Source: a bacterium
GTDB taxonomy: Bacteria; J088; JAWLBW01
Length of the DNA: 64,000 nt
NCBI GenBank assembly: GCA_041690355.1
Contig: JAWLHK010000024.1
Span: 1-64,000 of the forward strand
Reading direction: 5' to 3'
The position numbers and the translations under genes were made by a program. The notes below the pieces were generated by a model. The model saw nothing but the letters and a program-made list of their open reading frames with translations. It was not told the DNA's origin and searched no databases. This document shows, piece by piece, positions 47,962-56,705 of this stretch (the first letter of the stretch is position 1; each line of letters opens with the position of its first letter).

Positions 47962-50461
47962 AAGCCCCCACGTGCAGTGCCAGGTACAGGGTAACGCCCA
48001 GCGCAGCCGTGAAACCCCAGAGCAGAAAGCCGAGCCGCGTGGCGTTCTCCAGCATCGGCGTGCGGGCGAGAGCGGCGCGACGCGTGAGCCTGAGCACCCC
48101 GAGCGTCCAGATCGTCGCGACCAGGGCGAGCAGGAGATAGGCCGTCGACGGCGCGTACCAGGCGGCCGCGTAGGCGTTGGCCCCGGGAAGAAAAGGGGTC
48201 TGCCAGAGAAGGATTCCGTGGAAAATCAGGAAGCCGCCCCCCGCGGCAAGAGCCATGGCCAGCGGCGCCAGCGGGCTCTGCGACGCGTTCGGCTGCATGC
48301 GGCGCGCGGCCGCGCGCATCGCGACCGCCCCGATCGGCATCAGGAGATAGGCGGCCGCCGGAAGCAGCAGCCCGGGAAGTGGGAGCCCACCCTGCGGCCA
48401 CGCGGCGGAATAGATGCGCAGGTAGAAATAGCTGAACACGAGCACCCCGAAACCCATGCCGAGAGTCGTCAGCGCCCCGATCATGCCCCACCAGCCGGTT
48501 CCGCGTCGGGCGACGAGCGGGAGCCCGGCCGCGAGCGCCGTGCCGCCGGCCTGAATTTTCGCCAGCGTCGCCGGGTGCGGCAAGAGCCAGGCAATCACGG
48601 CCGCGAACAGGCCGATGAGGCCGGCAACGGTGAGGAGGTAAATCTTTACGAGCACTCCGAAAAAGACCAGCAGCAGGGCCAGGGCGGCCGTCAGCGGCTG
48701 CAACGTCGAGCTGGGAAGCCATTGCACCGACTCGGGTTCGCCCGTGAGCACGTCTGTCGCGAGGGTCGCCCGCCATCCGACGGGAGCCCGGTCGAGCGCC
48801 TCCCGCGCCTGCCGCGAAGCTCCCGGCTCTTCCACATTCCCCTCCCAGGCCGGATGACGGCCTCCGACCCGTGGCGGCCGCTCCCAGGCGAAGATGGCGG
48901 GCGGCGACGGCAGGGTCCACTCGAGGCTCCCGCCCCCCCAGGGGTCAGACCCCGCCGGTTCGCCCGCGCGCATGCTGCGCAGGAGATTGACGACGAACAC
49001 GAGCACGCCGAGGGCCATCAGATAGGCGCCTCCGGTCGAAACCAGGTTGTATCCGTCGACGTTCAGCGAAGCCGGATAGCTGTAGACGCGGCGGGGCATG
49101 CCGTACAGCCCCATGATGTGCATCGGAAAGAAGGCGACGTTGAAGCCGATGAAGATGAGCCCGAACGCGATCCGGCCCGCCCCTTCGCTCAGCAGGCGGC
49201 CGGTGAACTTGGGATACCAGTAGGAAATGCCGCCCAGGAGGGGAAAAAGAACCCCGCCGATGATCACGTAGTGAAAGTGCGCCACGACGAAGAACGTGTC
49301 GTGCACCTGCAGATCGAAGGGGACGACGGCCACCATGACCCCCGTCACGCCCCCGGCGACGAAGAGAAAGAGAAACCCGAGCACGTACAGCAGGGGCGTC
49401 TTCAGCGCCGGCCGGCGCCCCCACAGGGTCGCGATCCACGCGAAGACCTGCGCGCCGCTCGCCAGCGCGATCATGAGGCTCGCCCCCGAGAAGAACAGCA
49501 GCGAGAGTTTCGGCAGCCCCGCGGCGAACATGTGGTGCACCCAGAGGCCGAAACTCACGAAGCCGGTGACCACGACCGCCATGACCACCCAGAGGTATCC
49601 GGCGAGCGGCCGCCGCGCGAACGTGGGTACGATCATCGAGACGACCCCCGTGGCGGGCAGGAACATGATGTAGACCTCAGGGTGCCCGAAGAACCAGAAC
49701 AGATGCTGCCAGAGCAGGCTGCTGCCGCCCCCCTGCGGGTCGAAGAACGGCATCCCGAATGCGCGCTCGAGCTCGAGCAGAAGAGTGGCCACGAGCAGCG
49801 TGGTGAACGCGAAGACGATCATGAGTCCCGTCACGAGCATCGTCCACGCAAAGAGCGGCATGCGGTGGAGCGCCATGCCCGGCGCGCGGAACTTCAGGAT
49901 GGTCACGACGATCTCGATGCCGGCCGTGATGCCCCCCACCTCGACGAGGCCGAGCGCGAGCAGCCAGAAGTCGAGACCACGCCCGGAGTAGCGCGTGCCC
50001 GACAGCGGCGTGTACGCGAACCAGCCGGCATCGGGGATGAGGTTCACGAAGAACGTGGCGTAGAAGAGAATGCCTCCGAAAAGAAAGCACCAGTAGCCGA
50101 ATGCGCTCAGGCGGGGAAAGGCGAGATCACGCGCGCCGATCTGCAGCGGCAGCAGGTAGACGGCAAGCCCCTCGACGAACGGCACGGCGAACAGGAACAT
50201 CATCGTCGAGCCGTGCATTGTGAACAGCTCGTTGTAGAGCTGCGGGCCCAGGATGCCGTTCTCGGAAACAGCCAGCTGGGTGCGCATCAGCAGCGCGAGT
50301 ACGCCCCCCAGCAGAAAGAAGACGAACGACGTGACGAGAAACCGCTTGCCGACCGGCTGATTGTTGACGACGGCGAGCCAGCCGACGAAGCCGGGGCGGT
50401 TCTCCCAGGTGTGATCGAAGTCGGACGGCGGCGGGGGCGAGTGACGGCGCGGCATGGTCAC
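47954..50461 (-). CDS. ctaD: Heme-copper oxidase subunit I fused to a degenerate subunit III-like domain
   Basis: TMHG, WFFGHPEVY, LWVHHMF, AHFHY, GMPRR; about 250 extra aa with several TM. Confidence 0.95.
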   Translation of the reverse strand: MTMPRRHSPPPPSDFDHTWENRPGFVGWLAVVNNQPVGKRFLVTSFVFFLLGGVLALLMRTQLAVSENGILGPQLYNELFTMHGSTMMFLFAVPFVEGLAVYLLPLQIGARDLAFPRLSAFGYWCFLFGGILFYATFFVNLIPDAGWFAYTPLSGTRYSGRGLDFWLLALGLVEVGGITAGIEIVVTILKFRAPGMALHRMPLFAWTMLVTGLMIVFAFTTLLVATLLLELERAFGMPFFDPQGGGSSLLWQHLFWFFGHPEVYIMFLPATGVVSMIVPTFARRPLAGYLWVVMAVVVTGFVSFGLWVHHMFAAGLPKLSLLFFSGASLMIALASGAQVFAWIATLWGRRPALKTPLLYVLGFLFLFVAGGVTGVMVAVVPFDLQVHDTFFVVAHFHYVIIGGVLFPLLGGISYWYPKFTGRLLSEGAGRIAFGLIFIGFNVAFFPMHIMGLYGMPRRVYSYPASLNVDGYNLVSTGGAYLMALGVLVFVVNLLRSMRAGEPAGSDPWGGGSLEWTLPSPPAIFAWERPPRVGGRHPAWEGNVEEPGASRQAREALDRAPVGWRATLATDVLTGEPESVQWLPSSTLQPLTAALALLLVFFGVLVKIYLLTVAGLIGLFAAVIAWLLPHPATLAKIQAGGTALAAGLPLVARRGTGWWGMIGALTTLGMGFGVLVFSYFYLRIYSAAWPQGGLPLPGLLLPAAAYLLMPIGAVAMRAAARRMQPNASQSPLAPLAMALAAGGGFLIFHGILLWQTPFLPGANAYAAAWYAPSTAYLLLALVATIWTLGVLRLTRRAALARTPMLENATRLGFLLWGFTAALGVTLYLALHVGAYV

Positions 50462-51451
50462 TTACTCCAGCATCTCGAGGTAGTCGACCAGGGCGTGCAG
50501 GTCGACCGGCGAAAGATAGGTGGGCGGCATGAGGTTGCCCGGCTTGATCGCCTGGGGATTCGCGATCCATCCCATCAGGCTGCCGCGCGTGTTGGGGAGC
50601 GTGCCCGCCCCGAGGGTCAGGCGCGAACCGATGTGCGTGAGATCGGGGCCGATATCCCCTGCTGCCGGCGTTCCGGCGATGGCGTGGCAACCGGCGCAGC
50701 CGGCTTCGCCGAAGACATCCTTTCCCCTGCGCTGCGCCTCGGTCCGGGGCGCGGGTGTGGGGGCCAGCCGCGCGCGCACCCAGGCATCGAATTCCGCGTG
50801 CGGCAGGGCCACGACCTCGAAGGCCATGTGCGCATGCTGCAGTCCGCAGAATTCGGCGCACTGACCGCGGAACAAGCCCGGCCGGCCGGCCTGCAGGGTC
50901 AGCGCCGTGTCGTGGTCGGGGAGCAGGTCCATCTTGCCGTGCAGCGCGGGCACCCAGAAGCTGTGAATGACGTCGGCCGAGCGGAGGCGAACGCGAACGG
51001 GAACGCCGACGGGGATGTGCAGTTCGTTCGCCGTCACGATCCCCTGCTCGGGATAGCGAACGGCCCACCACCACCGGTACCCCTCGACCTCGACGGTCAG
51101 TCCGGGTTCGGGCTCGCGCAGGCGCACCGTGGCGATCACGGTCATGATCATGAGGCCGATGAGGATGACCGCCGGGATGGCGATGCCCCCCACCACGATG
51201 AACACGGTCTGCCGTTCGGCGTCGCCGTGGCCGGCCTCGTCCCGGGGTCCCCGGCGCACAATGGCCACGAGCGCGAGGACGGTAACGAGAAGCAGAACCG
51301 CCGTGGCGATCACGAACATGAAGTTGCCGAGGGTGAGCGCGTTCTTCGCTGCCGCTGACGCCGGATCAAGCACCGATTGGATCCGGTTGCCGCACCCGGT
51401 GCCGGCGAGCGCAAGGGCCATCCCTCGACGAAGCGCGCCGCGTGCCATCAC
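50462..51451 (-). CDS. coxB: Cytochrome c oxidase subunit II with fused cytochrome c (caa3-type)
   Basis: Lipoprotein-like GTGC, DVIHSFWVP, CAEFCGLQHAHM (CuA), CAGCH. Confidence 0.95.
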   Translation of the reverse strand: MMARGALRRGMALALAGTGCGNRIQSVLDPASAAAKNALTLGNFMFVIATAVLLLVTVLALVAIVRRGPRDEAGHGDAERQTVFIVVGGIAIPAVILIGLMIMTVIATVRLREPEPGLTVEVEGYRWWWAVRYPEQGIVTANELHIPVGVPVRVRLRSADVIHSFWVPALHGKMDLLPDHDTALTLQAGRPGLFRGQCAEFCGLQHAHMAFEVVALPHAEFDAWVRARLAPTPAPRTEAQRRGKDVFGEAGCAGCHAIAGTPAAGDIGPDLTHIGSRLTLGAGTLPNTRGSLMGWIANPQAIKPGNLMPPTYLSPVDLHALVDYLEMLE

Positions 51452-52902
51452 CGCTGCTCCCGCTCGAAGGTCTGCGCCACGAGAACGTACTCCACCAGCG
51501 CCCCGAGTTCGGCATCCGTAAGCCGCCCCTCGTAGGCAGGCATGGGCGTTCCCCGCTCGGGCTCGAGCACGAATTCGCGAATCTCCTTGCGGCTCAACCG
51601 CTCGTCACTGCGGGCGAAATCGGGGCCGACCTTGCGCCCATCGCCGGCCACCGCATGACAGCTCGTGCACCCCTTGTCGGCGAAGAGCTGCCGGCCACGC
51701 TCGGCCAGTTCGGTCAACTCGATACCGGGCGGCACCGTTGGGGGCTGCTCGCGTGGCCAGCCGGTCCACGGAGACTGGATGCGAATTTCGGACAGGACAA
51801 CGAGCAGCGCGGCGGTGACCACGATGGCCCCCGAGAAAATCGGCCGCTTGCGCACGCCGCGCCAGGGTGAGCGATCGAGCAACGGCAGGAGCAGCAGAAA
51901 TCCCAGCACGAAAAGCGGAAGCAGCACGACGATCGGCACCGCCAGCCAGGGCGGGAGCAGCGCAATCATGGTGCTGTACCAGGCGTACCACCACTCCTCC
52001 ATGGGGAACACCGTTTCGACGAGATTCGCTTCGGGGTTCGGCAGGGGCGGACCCAGGATCACGGCCAGGGCCACGGCCACGAGAAAGACGACGAGTGCCA
52101 TGCCCCCCGACTTGGCCGTCGTTTCGGGAAAGAACATCTCGCCGTATTTGTCGGAATGTTTCTGTTCGTCATAGAGCCTGCGCTGCGCCTCGGCCGACGG
52201 CACCGGCTCGCGCCGCTCGCGCAGCGAGGTCGTGCCGTGCAGCACGACGAGATACAGGTGCCATCCGGCCAGCGCGAGCAGCAGCAAGGGGATCATCACG
52301 ACGTGCACGCTGAAGAACCGGCTCAGGGTGCGCGCGCCGATTTCGGTGCCCCCCTGCACGATGATCGCCAGTTCGTCGCCCAGCAGCGGAACCCGGTTGA
52401 ACATGTGCAGCACGACGCGGATGGCGTACATCGCCCGGGTATCCCAGCGCAGCACGTATCCGGTAAAGGCCATCGTCAATACGAGCACGAACATGCCCAC
52501 GCCGACGTAGTACGTCCCCTCTCGAGGCGACTTGTAGCCGCCGACGAGCAGGATGCGGAACAGGTGTGAGAAGAGCATGACGACCATGAGGCCGGCCGTC
52601 CAGTAGTGCAGTCCGCGAATGAAGTTCCCCAGCGGCTGCTCGCGCGTGATGGCGACGACGCTGTCGAAGGCCGTGTCGGGCGAGGGGGAGTAGGTGAGCG
52701 TCATGAGGGCGCCGGTGGCGACCATGACGCCGAGCAGGGTCAGGAGGGTGGCGCCATCGCCGTAGTACCACGATCCCTTGGCCACCCTGCGATCGAGAAA
52801 GTGCCGCCAGACCGGACCCAGCCCGAACCGGTCGACGACCCACCGGCGGCTGCGTTCTGCCTGCTGCAACGCCCGTCTGCGAATGGCCGAAAGCACATGC
52901 AC
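51448..52902 (-). CDS. Cytochrome b (unsplit) fused to C-terminal cytochrome c
   Basis: RGLHYW...HLFR, FTGY.L.WD, TLSRFFSVH...H heme ligands; CTSCH...MP. Confidence 0.93.
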   Translation of the reverse strand: MHVLSAIRRRALQQAERSRRWVVDRFGLGPVWRHFLDRRVAKGSWYYGDGATLLTLLGVMVATGALMTLTYSPSPDTAFDSVVAITREQPLGNFIRGLHYWTAGLMVVMLFSHLFRILLVGGYKSPREGTYYVGVGMFVLVLTMAFTGYVLRWDTRAMYAIRVVLHMFNRVPLLGDELAIIVQGGTEIGARTLSRFFSVHVVMIPLLLLALAGWHLYLVVLHGTTSLRERREPVPSAEAQRRLYDEQKHSDKYGEMFFPETTAKSGGMALVVFLVAVALAVILGPPLPNPEANLVETVFPMEEWWYAWYSTMIALLPPWLAVPIVVLLPLFVLGFLLLLPLLDRSPWRGVRKRPIFSGAIVVTAALLVVLSEIRIQSPWTGWPREQPPTVPPGIELTELAERGRQLFADKGCTSCHAVAGDGRKVGPDFARSDERLSRKEIREFVLEPERGTPMPAYEGRLTDAELGALVEYVLVAQTFEREQR

Positions 52903-52908
52903 GCTCGT

Positions 52909-53382
52909 TCACGTCATGGGTGGCAGGGATAGGAGATCGATCTCGAGAATATCGTCACGGATGCGGTTCGCGTACCGGTAGAGCGGGCGGCTCGGGGGCC
53001 CGGCCCGGGGGTTGCCTTCCTTGTCGAAGATCCCCCCATGGCAGGGGCAGAAGAACCACTCGCTCCCCGGGTCCCAGTTGACCGGGCAGCTGAGATCGGT
53101 GCAATTGCGCGAGTAGACCACGGTTTCGGCCGCCGTGGGACGCCACACGAAGACCGCCTTTTCCCGCAAGGCGCTGGCCTCATCCCCACGGGGGACCGGA
53201 ACGACGGCGCGGGTCACGGGACCGACGGGAAAGGAAGCGAGCGGCCCCACGGGCTGCCACCACTCCTTGCGTCGCTCGAGCGCCGGCGCGATTCCAAAAA
53301 TGAGCGCGGGAATTCCGAGGACGCCGGCCGTGACGACCCCGATACCCTGCACGAAGCCGATGAGCAGTTTTCGCCGTTCCAC
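52909..53382 (-). CDS. Rieske-type Fe-S subunit of bc complex with atypical box I
   Basis: Tat-like ERRKLL + TM, CTDLSC, CPCHGG, GPP.RPL. Confidence 0.9.
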   Translation of the reverse strand: MERRKLLIGFVQGIGVVTAGVLGIPALIFGIAPALERRKEWWQPVGPLASFPVGPVTRAVVPVPRGDEASALREKAVFVWRPTAAETVVYSRNCTDLSCPVNWDPGSEWFFCPCHGGIFDKEGNPRAGPPSRPLYRYANRIRDDILEIDLLSLPPMT

Positions 53383-53473
53383 CTGGGCAAGTTAGCACCG
53401 TGCGCCGTGGCGGACAAGGGGGGACGGGGGGGACCTTTGTTCACAACAACGATCTATAGTGGACGAAAGGCAG

Positions 53474-53656
53474 TAAGCACTGAGCGCTGAGCGCCGAGCA
53501 GGCAATGTGCCAACCTGCTTCACCGAAGCGCGGATGGCGAGAACAGGGTTAGCGGAATCTCACAATTCCAGCCGGCACCTGTTCCCTGTTCTGGACAGCA
53601 CTGATAATAAATCGCAAATCGTCAATTCGTCACTCTTCACTCGTCACTCGTCACTT
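53474..53656. repeat. Two period-7 arrays in divergent intergenic region
   Basis: TAAGCAC TGAGCGC x2 CGAGCAG (about 53474-53501); AAATCG/TCACTC(G/T) units (about 53607-53656). Confidence 0.8.
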
Positions 53657-53662
53657 CTCCGC

Positions 53663-55000
53663 ATGGGTCCGCTGCTGCTCAAGGTCTGGCTCCGGGTGCG
53701 GGACAGTTTCTGGTTCCTGCCCCTGCTGATCGCGCTCGCCTCCGTGGGGCTCGCCGCTGCCCTGATCCTCCTCGACGAAATCCGCGACGAAGAATACGCC
53801 GACGCGCCGTGGTGGTTCTACACGGGGAGCGCCGACGGCGCGCGTGATATCCTGGCGACCCTCGCCGGATCGATGATCACCGTAGCCGGTGTCATCTTTT
53901 CGACGACGCTGGTCGCGCTGACGCTCGCGTCGAACCAGTATGGGTCGCGGGTGCTTCGCAACTACACGCGCGATCGCGCGAACCAGCTCGTGCTCGGGAC
54001 GTTCATCGGCAGCTTTCTCTACGCCCTGCTGACCCTGTTGTCGGTGCGGGGCGAGACCTCTACGTTCATTCCCCAGATCGCCATCACGGTCGCCATCGCG
54101 TATGCGCTGACGGCCTTCGTCATGCTCATCTATTTCTTCCACCACATTTCAGAGAGTCTGCAGGCCGAGAACATCGTCGCCAGCGTGGCCGAGGATCTGC
54201 ACCATGCCGTCCGGCACCATTACCCGACCGGCATCGGCAAGCCTCCGCCGAAGGGCCCGCAGACCGACGCGCATGCCTCCCGCGCGAAGGAGGCCGAAGA
54301 CGCAGCGCCGGTGCACGCAAGCCGGGCCGGATACCTGCAGGCCATCGACGGCTCACGGCTCATGCACCTGTGTTCCCGGCACGATCTCCTTCTGCGCATC
54401 CTGGTCCGGCCGGGAAATTTCATTTTCCACGGGGTCGAGCTGTGCCGCGTGTCGCCCGGCAAGGCGCTGACGCCGGAACTGGCCGGGGCACTGAGAGAAA
54501 CGTTCATCTACGGAAGCCAGCGCACGGCAGTCCAGGACGTCGCCTTTCCCCTTCTGCAACTCGTCGACGTGGCCCTGATCGCCCTCTCGCCCTCAATGAA
54601 CAAGCCGCACACAGCGATTTCCTGCGTCGACCGGATTGGCGCAGGGATCAACCATCTGGCGGCACACGAACTCGATTCTCCCTGGCGGCTCGACGACCAG
54701 GGGACCCTGCGCGTGATTGCGCAACCCCGCACCTTCGAAGAGCTGTGCGAAATCGCCTTCAGGCAACTGCGGGAGAATGCCGGACGTCAGCTGCACGTGC
54801 TCGTACGCCTGATGGAAATTTTTGAGGAGATTCTGCGCCAGTGCAGCGATGAGAGCCGACGAAGCGCCATCCGCCGGCAGGCCCGGCTGGCCTTCGACGC
54901 GGGCATGCGCGACCTGGTCGAGCCCGAAGATCGCTCCGTCCTTCGCACCGCCTATGCGCGTTTGTGTTCTCCCGTACCGGTCGCGCCGAAGGAGAAATAG
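53663..55000 (+). CDS. DUF2254 family membrane protein
   Basis: SFWFLP, GSMITVAG..FS...VAL.LAS.QY..R, GY.Q.ID, QD..F...QLVD.A..ALSP..N.P.TA. Confidence 0.9.
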   Translation: MGPLLLKVWLRVRDSFWFLPLLIALASVGLAAALILLDEIRDEEYADAPWWFYTGSADGARDILATLAGSMITVAGVIFSTTLVALTLASNQYGSRVLRNYTRDRANQLVLGTFIGSFLYALLTLLSVRGETSTFIPQIAITVAIAYALTAFVMLIYFFHHISESLQAENIVASVAEDLHHAVRHHYPTGIGKPPPKGPQTDAHASRAKEAEDAAPVHASRAGYLQAIDGSRLMHLCSRHDLLLRILVRPGNFIFHGVELCRVSPGKALTPELAGALRETFIYGSQRTAVQDVAFPLLQLVDVALIALSPSMNKPHTAISCVDRIGAGINHLAAHELDSPWRLDDQGTLRVIAQPRTFEELCEIAFRQLRENAGRQLHVLVRLMEIFEEILRQCSDESRRSAIRRQARLAFDAGMRDLVEPEDRSVLRTAYARLCSPVPVAPKEK

Positions 55001-55106
55001 CCCGGCCCACGGATAGGCACAGACCGCGCAAGATGGCCTGTCGACGAGCCGCGACCCTCGCATCGGCGCCGTCGAGGTGCGAAGGTGGCATTAGGAGGAG
55101 GCAGTT

Positions 55107-55322
55107 ATGCGCGGATTTACCATCTTTCTCGAGGTGCTGATTCTCATCGGCGCCCTGAACTGGGGTCTGATCGGCTTCTTCGAATTCAATCTCGTCGGAG
55201 CCATCTTCGGAGAGACTCTCTCGCGGATCATCTACGCGCTCGTCGGGTTGGCGGCGCTGTACGAGATCATCGCTTGGAAGCCGGTGCACAACCGACTTGC
55301 GTCGCCGGCACATGCCCGGTAG
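55107..55322 (+). CDS. DUF378 family protein
   Basis: IGALNWGLIGFF.FNLV..IFG...SRIIYALVGLA; SD AGGAGG. Confidence 0.92.
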   Translation: MRGFTIFLEVLILIGALNWGLIGFFEFNLVGAIFGETLSRIIYALVGLAALYEIIAWKPVHNRLASPAHAR

Positions 55323-55344
55323 CGCATCGCCGGTTTAACTTCAG

Positions 55345-55377
55345 GTGGGAACGGGCTTACCCGCTCCCACTTTTTTT
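55345..55377 (+). terminator. Intrinsic terminator
   Basis: GTGGGA-ACGGG/CCCG-CTCCCAC stem followed by T7. Confidence 0.8.
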
Positions 55378-55414
55378 GTCTGCCGACTGCCGTCTGAAGA
55401 CTGACGACTGAAAG
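55378..55414. repeat. Period-7 array
   Basis: GTCTGCC GACTGCC GTCTGAA GACTGAC GACTGAA. Confidence 0.8.
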
Positions 55415-56623
55415 CTACCGCGCGCGCACGCTCTGCAACATGGTTCCGCTCATGCGCACCATGCGCCAGTCTCCCATCGGCGTTCCCTGCCCGCTGTTGA
55501 CGATCATGGCGAACGAAAGCCTGTGCTTCGGGTGGGCCCAGGCGCCCGACCCGCCGTAACCGAAGTGTCCGAACGCATGTTTCGAAACGCCGCGCGGCGT
55601 GCCGACCATGTGGTAGCCCATACGCCAGCGCATCGGGACAATGAGAACGTGATCGGGGCGGCGGCTCTGAATCTGTGTGGCGCGCTCCAGCGTCTTTTCT
55701 GAAAGCAGCCGCACGCCGTCGAGCTCGCCGCCGTTCGCCAGGCACCCGTAGAACCGGGCAAGGTCGCGCGCCGTGAACACGCCGTTCGCGGCCGGGATGC
55801 AGGCCATGATCGCGGCCGGCGACGAGAAATCGAAGCCGCCGATCCCCCGCGGCAGCAACGCCGCCTGAAACGGCTCGAAATCACTGGGGAAACCGGCCGC
55901 CCGCAAGGCCGTACGCATCGCGGCGCCCATGAGACGCATCCGCCGGCTTACCTTTCGCTTCCCCGCACGCGGTCCCCGCTCCCGGCGGACGGGGCGAATC
56001 AGCTCGGCCACGCGCGAAACCTGATTCCCGGGCACGCCGACGTAGAAGCCGTCAAGGCCCAGCGGTTCGGCAATTTCTTCTCGCACGAAGCGGGGAAAAG
56101 GCTTTCCGGTCACCCGGCGCACGATTTCTCCGGTCAGGAACCCGTACGTGAGCGCATGGTATGCATGCCGCTCCCCCGCCGGGTGGCGCGGCCGGGCGCG
56201 AGCCAGCCGACCGATCATGCCGTCCCAATCGAGCAGGTCTTCGGCCCGATCGATAAGCGAGCGCACATCGAAGAGCCCGGCTTCGTGGGCGAGAAGGTGG
56301 CGGATGCGGATCTCCCCCTTCCCCTCCTGCGCGAACTCGGGCCAGTAGCGCGCGACCGGGTCTTCATAGTCGATGAGCCCCCGGTCGGCCAGCATGTGCA
56401 CGGCGGTCGACGCGACCCCCTTCGTGGTGGAGTAGGAGACGCTCATGGTGTCGCGCTCCCACGTGTCGCCCGCCCGGTTGCGCACGCCCCCCCACAGGTC
56501 GACGACGAGCTTCCCCTGATGGTACGCGGCGATGGCCGCGCCGCCGGGGTGACTGCGGATCTGGGCCTCGAGGGCCGGGCGCAGGAGAGAGAACCGGGGA
56601 TCGAGAGTACCGTGAATGGACAT
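55415..56623 (-). CDS. Serine hydrolase, beta-lactamase/EstB family
   Basis: YSTTK (SxxK), LLAH.AG, YHA, FGHFG.GG. Confidence 0.92.
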   Translation of the reverse strand: MSIHGTLDPRFSLLRPALEAQIRSHPGGAAIAAYHQGKLVVDLWGGVRNRAGDTWERDTMSVSYSTTKGVASTAVHMLADRGLIDYEDPVARYWPEFAQEGKGEIRIRHLLAHEAGLFDVRSLIDRAEDLLDWDGMIGRLARARPRHPAGERHAYHALTYGFLTGEIVRRVTGKPFPRFVREEIAEPLGLDGFYVGVPGNQVSRVAELIRPVRRERGPRAGKRKVSRRMRLMGAAMRTALRAAGFPSDFEPFQAALLPRGIGGFDFSSPAAIMACIPAANGVFTARDLARFYGCLANGGELDGVRLLSEKTLERATQIQSRRPDHVLIVPMRWRMGYHMVGTPRGVSKHAFGHFGYGGSGAWAHPKHRLSFAMIVNSGQGTPMGDWRMVRMSGTMLQSVRAR

Positions 56624-56705
56624 GCTTACATTGTCCTGGCGTTCTCCCACGGACGCAACGGCCTGGGCGGAAGCGTGCTGCTTTGTCGCTTCGATTTTTC
56701 GCTGC

